DNA from: Callorhinchus milii
Lineage: Eukaryota
Reading direction: 5' to 3'
Assembly (NCBI RefSeq): GCF_018977255.1
Contig: NW_024704742.1
Coordinates: 51,028,001-51,092,000 of the forward strand
Length of the DNA: 64,000 nucleotides
The notes below the pieces were generated by a model. That model was not told where the DNA came from. It saw only the letters and a program-made list of their open reading frames with translations, and made no database searches. This document shows, piece after piece, positions 48,036 through 60,899 of this stretch. Positions within the stretch are counted from its first letter, which is position 1; each line of letters begins with the position of its first letter. A program made the translations under genes and the position numbers.

Positions 48036-48597
48036 GTAAGGTGAGGAGGTGCTGTGACTGTGCTGCACATGGGGTGGGGGCAAGAGCTGACAGTGAAGCA
48101 ATTGCTCAGACTCTAGTCCATCTCTGGCAGTGAGCACAGGCTTGTTTATTGGCCGCCACCACACACACACATACACACACACCAACACATCCTCTTAACC
48201 TGATAGAGCTCAACCCAACCTCCCATTATACTGGAGCTACAACAGAGTAATAGTAAACCTGAAGTCCTATCAGTTGGGCCCATGCATTCTTATGCAAAGT
48301 ATGAGTTGTGTCAAACTTGCAGAGAATGTAAATTCTTGAATTGGACTTGGGCAGATGTATGACTTAAACAATTATAGGATTCATACAGATCAGACTTGTG
48401 TGAGTTTTTACTGACTAAGTTGATTAAAGCATCTGTGGCACTTTAGCAACCAATGAAATCCAAGTGGTATTTTTAATAGAATACAAATCTGGTGCCAGAT
48501 ATTGTGGATCTGAATTTTTTTTTTACAAGTGGATTGATATTGCCAAATCACACTTGGTCATTGGATTCCAGTAACTTTCTTTAACTCTGTATTTCAG

Positions 48598-48690
48598 TTC
48601 CTAGAGCAGAAGTATGGTTACTTTCACTGCAAAGATTGCAATGCTCGCTGGGAGAGTGCTTATGTGTGGTGTGTACAAGGCACCAACAAG
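48598..48690 (+). CDS. ZAR1: ZAR1 exon 2 (FLEQKYGYFHCKDCNARWESAYVWCVQGTNK)
   Basis: 93 nt, canonical splice sites, start of the ZAR 3CxxC zinc-binding domain. Confidence 0.96.
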
Positions 48691-48763
48691 GTAAGCTTGA
48701 CAGTTCAACTTCATTGGTGTCTCTCTTAAGGATAGAGAACCCAGCCCCTGTTTGTTTCAACAG

Positions 48764-48838
48764 GTTTACTTCAAACAGTTCTGCAGAACCTGTGAGAAAT
48801 CCTATAACCCATACCGTGTGGAGGACATTACCTGTCAA
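48764..48838 (+). CDS. ZAR1: ZAR1 exon 3 (VYFKQFCRTCEKSYNPYRVEDITCQ)
   Basis: 75 nt, canonical splice sites, after a 73-nt intron. Confidence 0.96.
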
Positions 48839-48938
48839 GTAAGTTGCAGAGGTATCAAAGCTCGCTGTTAAAGGAGAAAGTTGCCACTAAAGGGGCACTA
48901 ACATCCGTAAAGTGAACCTTGTTTCTCTCCCTACTCAG

Positions 48939-49082
48939 ACCTGCAAAGAAACTCGATGCACTTGTCCTATCAAAATGCGCCACGTTGACCCAAAGAGACC
49001 ACATCGCCAGGATCTTTGTGGGAGATGCAGAGGCAAACGGCTCTCTTGTGATAGCACTTTCAGCTTCAAATACATCATTTAA
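48939..49082 (+). CDS. ZAR1: ZAR1 exon 4 (TCKETRCTCP...DLCGRCRGKRLSCDSTFSFKYII*); total about 352 aa
   Basis: ctactcag acceptor; characteristic ZAR C-terminus FSFKYII*; AATAAA at 49180-49185. Confidence 0.96.
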   Translation, partial: TCKETRCTCPIKMRHVDPKRPHRQDLCGRCRGKRLSCDSTFSFKYII

Positions 49083-49549
49083 TTTTGAATGTGAGCATTA
49101 GACAAGAGTTATGATTGTAATGTTGGAATCTACTTTATTTTTTGTTTTCGTTACCACTTGAAATTGTGGCAAAAAGCTGAATAAAATGTTACAAAAGCAT
49201 AACCTCTTGCTGCCAATACCTTGCACTTATTCTATGAGGACACTTCTTTCAAAGATAATTGTATAAAAATGGATCTGATACTGCAGAGTCATATTTAGTT
49301 CACATGCCAGCCAGTCGATCCATGCATGCCAACATATTTGATTCAGAAAATCTTTAGCATCAGAGCTGAATGCTTAATCCCAGCCCATCCCCTGGGATGG
49401 ATGAAGTACTCCATGTACATTAAGACATTAGGAATTACAGTCAAGGAATCTAGCAAAATTCCCATTTTCAAGAAGATTACTAACCCATATCTGACAACTA
49501 TACACCTGTTACCTTAACTTCAGTATGGAAATGGAAGCTTACCATTAAT

Positions 49550-50940
49550 ATCTAACAAATGACAGCCAGGGTGCATTTGGAAAGGTTAAGTATGGTCTGA
49601 CTAACCTTATATTTGTTTAAAAAGAAGATAATAGCCAAATTAAGTGTGGGGTGGAGGGAGAGGAAGGCATTAGCATGGTGCCTCAGGGATCTATATTGGG
49701 ATTATTTCTATAGCTTGTGTGTGTATATTGATGCCTTGGAATCACAGACTCAATCTATGCTAGTTAAATTTGCAGATGATACCAGGTTCGGGGAACCTGA
49801 ATTATAAGGAGGTTGCAAAGGTCTTAACAAAATGAATGTTATAGGTTATGTACATGGCCTAATGAAGTTGAATAAAGAAAAATGCAAGGCTCTACATATA
49901 GGAGGTAATTTTTTTATTAAAAAAGGAAGTAAGATAGGTAAACCTATGTTCTCCATAGAGATAGAGCTTGCCACGAGGGAATCTGAAAGTGATTTAGTGG
50001 TGTAAGTTGACTCATTGCTCACTACCACCACCAACTTGTATTTATATAAGTGCCCTTCGCACTGGGTTGTGTCCTGAAGCACTTGACGGTGGTGAATTCT
50101 GATGCCGAGCTAGAGAGAGAGAGAGGGAATGAGATGACTGTAAGCACAATCAAAAAGGAAGGTCTTCAGGTGAGGTAGGGAGGGAGAGAGATCCAGAGCT
50201 TTGGGCTGTAGGCATAGACATCGATGATGGAGAGGATGAGGGATGAATAGGTGGCTGGAGGCAGTGGAGTGAGGGCAAGCAAATTGGATAGGTAGGGAGG
50301 TGTGAGAACATGAAGGGATTTGAAAAGGAGTAAGAGGATCTTGAAATTGATCCGTTCAGTATTTGGGAATCAGTAGAACCTGGTAAAAACTGATGTGATG
50401 GGGGTACAGAGTTTTGTGTGGGTTGTCAAAATGGAGAGGCAGCAATAAACAAGGCAAACCGTATGGGCTATATTGCTAAATCAGTTGAGATCAGATCCCA
50501 ATATTCAAGCTGACCCCATAGTTGTATTCAGGCTATATAGTGCTCGGTCATGCCATTCCTAGAATTCTGCATACAATTTTGTTCAAAATGACATAAGCAA
50601 ACTGCCCAGGGCCTAAAGACTGCAAAGTAGAAAAATGGGGATGATCCCCAGTGTTAGAGGAAAGAGCAATGATTAGACAAGTTGGGACTCTTCAGTCTTG
50701 AGAGAAGATGTTTCTGAGGGAACTTTATATAGGTGTATAAAATTTTAAATGAGATTGAAAAAAGTAAACTCAGAATGACACTTTTGACTGGTACAGGCTA
50801 TCAGCAATGGTGGTTGATGCCCAGGACACTGGATACATTTTTTAAAAAAAATGCTGTGATGGGAGGGCGTTAGGATGGTATTCTAGAAGGATGAGATCAG
50901 ATGGGCCGAAGGGCCTGCTTCATCTGAACTAATCTTGTGC
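49550..50940 (+). mobile_element. CR1 LINE fragment interrupted by an L2 fragment (about 50020-50425)
   Basis: KFADDT RT motif near 49770; 3' tail gatgggccgaagggcct. Confidence 0.75.
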
Positions 50941-53711
50941 TGTTTTTGGGAGTGTCAACATTACTGAAAATGTCAAGTGCAATATTGTTTGGAACATGGT
51001 GTTCTGTCACCTGGTTTATAGCTGCAGATTGGCACATTTGGGGTTACAATAGTGTAATTGATATAATTTGTCGTGTTAATAATTGTATCACTGTTCTACA
51101 TTATGCCAATGATGAAGTTTGCATAAATGAAAGAATAAATGTCCAAATTTAAAAGACTTCAGCTTCTTCAACCCCTTCGGCCATATTCAGAGGCGCGTGA
51201 CTAGGTTTGGGTTGAGAGTCCACACCCAAGGTAAATATTGCCTTGTAAAATCTACAGGCTCTATTAAAGGCTCAAACACACTCCTTGCTAATTTCCCTAG
51301 TTACACCATGCACAAGCTCTAGATCTTCAGAATTAAAAATTCTGCCTCGCACATCCTCATTTGTACCAAAACTCTGAATGCCCATTGCTCCAGTCCTTGC
51401 CAAGCCACCATCTTCCTGTTTCTTGATTTCAACAACTTCCGCTCACCCATAAACTCCTTCTTACTGAAGCACCTCCCTACCTCTGTGAACCTTTTACTGA
51501 CTCTTGCACCATCCACTCAGCAAACTCTGACTTGGGCTGTATTCCCTGATTTTCTGAAAACTGGGTTGTGGATGAGCCTTCAGCAACTAAGCCCCATCCT
51601 TTGGAATTTCCTCCCTGTTCCCCTTCTCCCCCTCTTTAACTGTCTTTAAATCCTGCTAAAATACCTGCCCATTAAACTGTACCTGTGGTCAGTTCTTCCC
51701 CTTCTCCTTTGCTCAGTGTCTGATACCTATCCTGTGAAATACTCTGAGATGTTATCAAATGTATTGGGCACTATTTAAGAGCACGTTATTGTTTTTGTGA
51801 TGAACTAATTGTTTTTATCTAACTTCAACTGTACTAAGATGTTGGTTTTGATTTGCACAACATTTTCCAAATTGATCACTACTTATCAATTGCCTTATTT
51901 CAAGAACCATGACCATTGGTTGGGCAGTGCTTAATTATAGCAAAACTTTCTATAAAGTAATTTTAAAATAAAGCTCTTGTTCAAGTTGTTCTTAACTAGC
52001 GTATCTAGTTTGTTGGACTTCAAAATCACTCTAGGGATTTTACTTGCTTTTATTCTTATGATGGAACAACTATTATAATTAAGGTAGTTTAAACAATTAG
52101 TTGAAACAGTTAGTTAAACTTGCCAGTTTAAACTTTATTTAAAGATTATTTGAGTTTAAACAGCATTAGAGAATGGATGTGGCATGCTGGATGTGGCCAT
52201 TTAAACAGATTCCTTTCATCAAAACACTAATCCTCTTTCAAAATTATGCAGGTGAACAAAAGATGGTGAAAACATTTCTAGGAGGAAAGGTGCCAATAAG
52301 CCAAATCACACAATCTCGCCTGTTGACATGAACACTCAGTGTTCAGCCTTATCAAAGTTTAGCAATCACTTGATCCGGCTGTACACCCTTTCTGTAGCCA
52401 AGTACTTAAATGCTTTGGGGGAGGGGCAGAATTAAGAGTTTTTGTCTCGGACTATTAATAAACTAAAGCCATTTTCTCACTCTGTTTTCAGTTTGCCATT
52501 GAGCCCATCTTCACGAAAAACAGGCAAAATGTTTTTAAATGTTTCTAAGATGTGAGTTTCGATCGGAATCATCTTTTACAAATGAACAAGCAAGTTCTAT
52601 GCATGAAAGGCAAATTTCAACAGGTCCAATACAGTTAGGAAATTTGTATGAATTTCAACATGTATTGAATACGTCATGTTAAGCTTCATGCATTTCAACC
52701 TCCAGAAATGAATCAGTATTGCAATTGTGTTTTGTCAGCCAAGTATTGCAAAAACTCATTACCATGCTTAACAGTCACTTCTGAGTTCCATATGTGTATG
52801 CTTTCCATTTGTCTGGTATGGAGTGCGCACTTTTGCCACTGAGTAAACCTTGATGGTCCTGGATAATACTCTCAATCCCTCTGCCTTGCCCCCTCCTTCT
52901 CCATCTTCTGAAGACCTTCCTCTTCGATTGTGCTTACGGTCATCTTCCTCCTGGCTCGATGTTGTGTTCCACCTCTGTCAAATGCTCTGGGACGCTACCC
53001 TGCATGAGAAGCGCTATATAAATGCAAGTTGGTGTTATTGATATTTTCAGTGCAGGTTGGCAAGCGTCTTATTACATCTTCGTGCTGTCTCAAAGTGCTT
53101 CAAAGAATCCATCTTCTATTATACTAATGAAACAATGTCTGTCTGCGCTTCAAGAAGGATCTCATTAACCGATTGACCTAGAGACGCGATTTATACCTCA
53201 TCGGAAAGGTCTTGCATCTGGGAGTGATATAGACATATTGGTGTTTGAGTATCTCCTATTGTTCATGAGTTATTTTCAATTTTGCGTTTTTTATTGCAGT
53301 TACACCTGGTGGCCGCTGAATCAAAGTTGCGTTGTGGCATCATGCATCACAGAGCACCTACATATGTATGCATGCACTGCAGTTATACTTGGTGGCTGTG
53401 CTGGCTGATCGTGATGCTGTGGCATCATGTGTCACAGAACATGCACATAGCCAAGTGGCAGGAACAAAATAAAGAACACAGACAAAGCTAAGTTACGGCA
53501 ACAACAAAATTACATTTTTAAAGCGCTGAGTCCTCCCAAAAGGAGTCCTCCTACAGGAGACGAGTATAGATAAAGATGAAATGTCTGTCTGTGTGTCGAT
53601 CTACATTCCATATTGGATCCTTTGGTTGAAAGCGAAGCTGCAACAGGTACAGCTAGTACACTGTAGATTTTGCTTGGGAAGCCAGTGTGTGTGTTGGGAT
53701 AGTGTGCAGCC

Positions 53712-53829
53712 TTGGTGTCTGGTTTAATTATTTATCTGGTTCGATTGTCAGTTTTCTTTCCTTACGTTTGGTGTCTGGTTTAATTATTTATCTGGTTCGA
53801 TTGTCAGTTTTCTTTCCTTACGTTTGGTG
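53712..53829. repeat. Perfect 56-bp tandem duplication
   Basis: ttggtgtctggtttaattatttatctggttcgattgtcagttttctttccttacgt x2. Confidence 0.95.
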
Positions 53830-53896
53830 CATGACAAAGACTGCTTTTCTTCACCTCTGCCACATTTCTGACCTCTGCCCCTACTTCACATCAAAT

Positions 53897-54237
53897 GTGG
53901 AGTCCTGTAGCTAAGTGGTTAGAGAACTTGCCACACAGGCAAAAGGATCTGGGTTCAATTCCTTGGTGGGGTGAAACCTTGGGCAACTTTTCTTACTCCA
54001 GACATCTCTTTTTATCTGGCAGTATGTAGGAACCCAGAGATTGTTAGTCGATTGGCAAATTGCTTTTCTGGGGGTAATAATCCCTTCAAAAAAAATAATA
54101 ATTTGGTCACTCAATCCACTGCCTTGTGCAATTGGCTGCTATATTTCACGCACAAAATATACAATCAATTTACATTATCTTCTGTGATGTGCTTTGAGAT
54201 ATCTTAAAGAGGTAATAAGATGCTATAATCAAATGCA
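53897..54237 (+). mobile_element. tRNA-derived SINE, long subfamily, inserted in an L2 fragment
   Basis: tggagtcctgtagctaagtggttagag head; L2 RT sequence on both sides. Confidence 0.8.
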
Positions 54238-57099
54238 TATTAAATAAAGCCAAAACCATTATTCACTTATCACCTCCCGCCTTGATTTCTTAAATGCACT
54301 TGTCGCTGGTCTGCTTACAAGATCCATCTAATCCAAAACCGTGCCAAACGCATCTTCATCCACACTAAACTCTGCATGCTGATCACTATATCCTTGCCAG
54401 GTCCATTGACTTCCTCTCAATGGATTGACTTCAAGGTCCTTATCCTCACATATAAACCCCTCTGTGCCCTAGCACCTCCCACTCTCCCTGATCTGCTCAC
54501 CCCTCCACTCATAACACTGGCCTGCTAGCATCCCCTCCATGCCACCATTGGTGGCTGAGCTTTCAGTCACTTTGTCCCTCACCTCTGGAACTCGCTGTCT
54601 CTATTCCTCGGCCTCGCCCCTACCCATTTGGCTTTAAATCCCACCTTAAGTTTGTGTCTTCGATTCTGCATATGGTCACCCCCCCACCCCTACCATGCTG
54701 GGTATCCAAGCCCACCATTATCTATGTTGATTATAGGGTTACTAGGTGTTAGAATTGCATGGAAAGTATCAGTATTGAAAGAATAGTAAGGAAAACAGTC
54801 GATCGTGCAAGCTGGGAGCAGAGCACGGCACCATCAGCAAAATGCTAAGTCACCTTGAGCTAAGTGCAAAAGTATGTTTGCTTCATTTGCTGGCTTTACA
54901 GTTAGTCACAGTAAATCAGTTTCATAGGTACACCCATATCCTTGTTAATGATTTAATAGGTAAAATGTCAACAAGTTACATTTTACAATAAAAAAAATTT
55001 GCATTTGATATGTGCCTTTCACATCAGGAGGACATCTCAAAGTGCTTCATAGGATTTACTGTAACCCCCAATGTGGACCTTGAACGCACAACCTTCTGAC
55101 TCAGAAGCAAGAGCCAGGCTACATATTATTTTATTTGTTTAATACTTACAATGTTTACATAGCTAGGAGTGAATGAAATCATTTGAAAAGGCATTCCATT
55201 GTGTGTCAACCATCTCTGTTAAGTTGTTTTGTCAGCTTTTGAAATATTTTTGTCCTGATAAGAAAGCTGGTGTCTGCCTCTCAACAGAAACAATCACTTA
55301 AAGAAATAGGGTTTGAAATTGACAACAAGAGAAGTAACTAACAAGTCCATTTGTGCAAATTACAGGATTTATCAATAAAATATTAAATCTAAACTGAGAC
55401 AGTGGAAGCAGACAATGTTGCTTGTTTCAAGAACAAATTAGATAGATTTCCACTAGAAAATAATATCTCGGGATACAACAACAAAATTAAATTTTATAGC
55501 GCCTTTCATGTTGGGAGGATGTCCCTACATGTTGGACAGACAGAGTTATGGACCTGAGCTGAGGGTGGGAGAGGGCAGGCGGGGAAGCAGGGAGATCGAA
55601 AGCATGGTCAAAGAGAAGGGTCTTGAGGTGGGTCTTGAAGGTGGCAAGGGAGGAGGTGAGACGGAGCGACTGCAGGATGGAGTTCCTCCCCACCTCCATC
55701 TTCAAGGTAGATGTAGCCAAGGGTCAAAGTAAGATAACTACATTTAAGTTTCAGATTCATTTTCTATACCCCTTCCATAAAGCTAGATATGAGCAGATAA
55801 AATTCACAGTATCAGAAAGTATAAAATGTATAAGAGAAACACCACTGGATAGATTTCTAGCCGTTGATGTTATAGCCCGGCTGGATGTGTCAGCACTCTT
55901 ATCTGGGACTGAAAGCACAGTCATAGAGGTATATTTTGAGATGGGGAGACGGGAAATGAGTCAGAGGGATGGAGTGCCAGATAGAGTTATATCTTACTCT
56001 AACTGATGTCACTTTAGAGCAGCCAAACTGTCTGGGAATTACATCCAATATGGGTGGAAAACCTGAGCTGATTGTGGAGCGAACGGGTTCCTTCTGCAAG
56101 GCTGCAAGATCAGAGAGCACTTTCAATACGAGGACATGTCCTAAAATGCTGAGATTAGTTAACTCAGCTTGGACTGGACAAGAGCTTAAAACCTTCCATG
56201 TCGCGCAGCTCAGCACTGTTGGAATCATCTTTGCACTTTTCACTCTATGGAGGAAATCAGAGGAATAACTATCAATAACTTGCATGTATAATAATGATGC
56301 TTACGTTTGAAAGAGCGACTTCACATCAGGAGGACATCATGTTGAGAGGACAAAGCGATTCACAGCATATACTGTAAAGTCCAGTGATTGGGTAATTCGT
56401 AGCAAACAAATAACAATTTGCCTGACCACTATGAAAAGAGAAGCCATACAACTTCCATATGGTCTTGTCCCTGTTATTTAAAGCAACTTGCATTCATAGC
56501 ACCCATCATGTAGTGTAACATAAGTAATAATAATCCTTACAGTTGATACTATAATCATAATAATCCTTGCATTTGGTATAGTCTTATCCTTTTGGATTTA
56601 CTGTGAAATGGAGTGACTGTGCACTGTATTTGTAGGCAAATGTGGCAGTACAATTGCACACAAACAGCCATAATATAATAATAATCCTTGCATTTGATAT
56701 AGCATTTTTCACATCTGCTAGATGTTTCAAAGAATATACTGTAAAGTGAATTGACTGTGTATTTTTGAGCGAAATCAGCCATGGAGTGAGTGACCGATTT
56801 GGTTTGGGAAATTGTTGGCTAGGCCATCGGGATAATAAGTGCCACCTGAACAGGCAGCAGGGATCTTGGTTTAACATCTCATCCTTCACTCAAGACCTTC
56901 CTCTTTAACATTGCTGTCATCAAATTTCCCCTCCCACCCCCCACTCGGTTCCACCCCCCAGCTCAGGTGCTCAGGCCATTCTGTTAAGCTATTTGGGACA
57001 AGTTCCAGATGTGAAAGGGGTAACATAAAACTGTTTGATAAACCTAATTATAATTTTTGAGGGGGATAATAAAAATGGTTGATGAGGGACATGCAATAG

Positions 57100-57580
57100 A
57101 TGTATTGTAGATATTGATAGGATGCCTGAATGGCAGACAAATGGAGGACGGAGTTCAATGAAAGAAAGTGCGAGGTAGTTCATTTCAGGAGAAAAAAAAT
57201 AGGAAGAGCCTATAACTTAAAGGGCAAATTTTAAAGGGGTAGAATAAAGGGATCCAGGAGTAGATTCACAGTCACTAAAAGCAGTGCCGCAAGTGGATAA
57301 GGCCATTAAAAAGCTTGCGGAACCTTGGGATTTATAGATGGAAAACTAGAGCATCGAATGCGGTAATGTTAATTCTGTACAAAATGATTACCAGTCCACA
57401 GTTCGAATACTGTGTGCAGTTTTGGGCTCCTCATTACAGGAAAAGATGTTAAGGCGCTGGATGTTGTTGAGAGGAGACTCACCAGATGTTGCCTGGAATG
57501 ACACCATGCAGTTATAGAGAACGGCTTGATAGACTGGGGCCTTTTTCTTTGACCCTCTAAAGGTTGAGAGGGGATATGAT
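57100..57580 (+). mobile_element. CR1 LINE fragment
   Basis: tggcagacaaatgg...gttcaatg and gaatactgtgtgcagttttgg motifs. Confidence 0.75.
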
Positions 57581-58170
57581 CACATTGTGTCACATTGTCC
57601 ACCTCCGACCGTACCTTACCTTCAACACAGCCGAAACCCTCATCCACGCCTTGTGCCTCGACTATACCAATGCCCTCCTCACCAGTCTTCTCAGCTCCAC
57701 AACCCACAAACTACAACTGATTCAGAACTCTGCCGTTCGTATTCTCACCCACGCTAAACCACGTACCCCCATCACACCAGTTCTCGCCAGACTCCCTGTT
57801 GTAGAACAGTTCAATTTCAAGATCCTCTCACTCGTCTACAAATCCCTTCACTTCCTGGCACCTCTCTACCTTTCTCATCTCCTTTCTCCCACTCCACAAT
57901 TTGCTGCCTCTGCTCAGCTGGCTCTTGCCTCCTGTTTGACCATCGTCCCCTCCACTTCACCATCGGTGACTGCGCTTTAAGCGATATGAGATACTACCCT
58001 GCGTGGAGGGTGCTATATAAATGCAAATTGTTGTTGTTTCAGCCACTACACCCTGAAGCTTTGGAGATATCTCCCTCAATCCCTCCACCTTGCTCCCTTC
58101 TTCCCCTTTTATATCACAACTGAAAACCTTCCTCTTCGACTTATGGTCTCCTCCCTCCCCTCGGCTTAGT
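57580..58170 (+). mobile_element. L2 3' fragment abutting a CR1 fragment
   Basis: AETLIHALCLDYTNALL...QNSAVRIL peptide. Confidence 0.8.
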
Positions 58171-58799
58171 GACAGACTGTAATCTGTTTAAAGACAACTC
58201 ATTTGAAATGGTAGTGTGAAATGGGACACATCTACAACCCACTTTCATTAAGCCCAGTTATTCCTTATATTAGTACTGGATCTTAAAAGGGAGACATGTA
58301 TTATCAGTGTCAGTCAAGAAAATTGTATGGAAGCTCCTGAAGTATATGCTGATGTGATAATCAGCACCTCAGATACTAACAACTTTTTCTTTGGGATTAC
58401 AAAAAAACAGTAAAAGGAATCCTTGCTTGCTGTTGCAAAATTCATTTTATGGCAGCACAAAATTGTACTTTTGCTATTAATATTCAACAGGTCTATTCAT
58501 GAGATCCAAGTGTACAATTTCCCAGAACAGTGGAACTGTACCAAAGATCCTGATGAGTCATTCACCCAAGTATTGCTAGCGCTTTGGTTCTGCCAACTCG
58601 CCTGATAGCTGCCCTCTAGACCTGGTCCACAGAATTCTCTCTAAGGCATGCAATCTGTCAGTGATACAGAGTGTAATTGTGGTTTCTCCCTCAGTCAGAC
58701 AAGAACTACTGAGGAATCTCACTGATTTCAGTGGCTTTTAAAGTGGTGCTTCAGATAATCACTGCACGTGTATCGGATGCACTGGAAATTTGTGGTTTT

Positions 58800-59010
58800 A
58801 AAAGGAGCAGGCTGGCTTCCGTTCTCATCAGGAATGGGCCAGGTTGTGGCCTGCATGAGATTACAGAATGTCATAAGGCTCAGGGGAAACCCAAGTTGCG
58901 TTCATCGATTTCCAAAAGGTCTTTGACCCAGTGCCTCATGAAACCTTCATGATCAAACTGGAAGCTATGGGAATAGTTAAATTTTATCTGGAATGTATAT
59001 TCCAGCTCCA
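58800..59010 (+). mobile_element. RTE-like LINE RT fragment (second copy at about 25000-25335, minus strand)
   Basis: EQAGFR, FIDFQKVFD.VPHE and KLEAMGI peptides in broken frames. Confidence 0.6.
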
Positions 59011-59854
59011 AGATCCATGTGAGAGTTGTTAGTACCTTTGAACAGTTCGACGACTGATTAGGACTCACCAAACCTTACACTCAGTAGAGCCATTCCCTCC
59101 TGTCCTTAACAGCCATCAATAAACGTTCAGAGATTCACAACATTAGGATTTTGACTATGTTTTTTAAATGGATGTCTCGAGTCAGCTAGTGTGTCACAGC
59201 CGCAGCAATTCAGAGGTATTGGATGAGTTCTATTTTTTCTTCACTGCCATTTTGGCATCCAAGTGTTGGGCAGTCTTGTTGGTATAGATTAAAAATTAAA
59301 ACTGACAGCAAAGGGATAGGGGAGGTGGGGTCCAATCAGATCCAATAATATCCTTACCAGCACAGTGGATTCAGTCCTGAAGTCAGTCTCCAGCTGGTGA
59401 CAACTTCAGTCACTCCCTCAGGAGCTGAGGATGCCTAAGATGATGCTTCAAGTAGCAACAGGTCCTGAGGCAGTGACGATGAAGAAGCCTGGATTTTTTG
59501 AATGGATAGAATCTGGCTGATCCAATAGTTTCTGGCTACGATTTGGAGCCAGACAAGGGTAACTTCATGCACTGAAGCCAATAAGAATAATTGCTGAGGC
59601 AGAGAGCCTCGGCTAGAATTCTATTTGTATTGAAGCCATTGCTATAGGTGTCAGCTATTGTATAGATCCAGCTGGAAATGTGTAAAGATGATACGGGATG
59701 ACATTGAGTGAAGTGCTTAAAGACGGTATAGGATAACATGGTATCATTGTACCCCTCTCCCCTTGGCTTATTGTCATACTCCACCACTGTGAAGCGCTAC
59801 AGGACTCTTTCCTACGCGAAGGGCGCAAGTTGTTGTTAAAGAATTTACAATGTA

Positions 59855-60208
59855 TAATAATCCTTGTATTTGATGCAGTGCATTATTACATCTTCGAGAC
59901 GTATCAAAGCACTTCACAGAATATACTGTAAGGTGAATTGACTGTATATTATTTTGTGGGCGAAACACGGCAGCCAATTGCACACAGCAGTGTCCAACAA
60001 ACAGTTGTGTATTGAAGTGACCAATTTATTATTTTTTTTTAAGGAATTATTACCCCCGGAAAAGCGATCCGCCAATCAACTAACAGCCGGGTTCCTACTT
60101 ACTGCTAGGTAAACAGAGGCTTGTAGAGTAAGGAAACTTGTCCAACATTTCGCCGTGCAGGGAATCGAACCCAGGTCTCTCGCTTGTGAGACGAGTGCTT
60201 TAACCACT
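59855..60208 (-). mobile_element. tRNA-derived SINE, long subfamily
   Basis: Homologous to 16385-16760. Confidence 0.85.
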
Positions 60209-60899
60209 TCAGTGATGTGGGAGACAACGGTTGGTTCTGATGGAACGCTGACATTTTAAATTTAATGGCAGGATCTCAGTCAACACAATAACTCACCCAA
60301 CAAACTGAAAGCATTAAAAATTATAATGAGGCATTGTAAATATACGTGAAGAAAGAGCAAATGGACACTGTTGTTACTGAAGATCTTTTTTTTAAAATGC
60401 TTTTACAGGTAGGGAAAACCAAACGGAAACTTTTAGGGCAATATGCCCATATAGTGCCCGGGGGGAGGGAAGTTGCTGTCCCTCAACAACATTTTAAAGT
60501 GACATTCGGATCTAACATGCAGCAATTTCTAATAGGATTCCTCAATAAGGAAATATCATGTGGGAACTCCACTCTGATGTAATCTATTTACCAGAAGCAG
60601 TCCCCACCCGGTTTCCTCGTTAAGGAATCCTGTTAGAAATACATGCATATTAGATCCCAATGTGCTTCCAATTTTTTTTGTCTCTTCCCAAATTTTCATG
60701 TACCGAAACCCAGCGGATGCTTGGAATGAGGAAGATAATAATAATATTTATTATAATAATTATTATTATTATTATTGAGACTTCCTATTTACTATTATTA
60801 CCATTTGCTAGTACTAATATTAATCCTTGCATTTGATATAGGTCCATATATACTCAAAATGTCTGTTTTACTAATAATAATTATTATTATTATGAGGAA

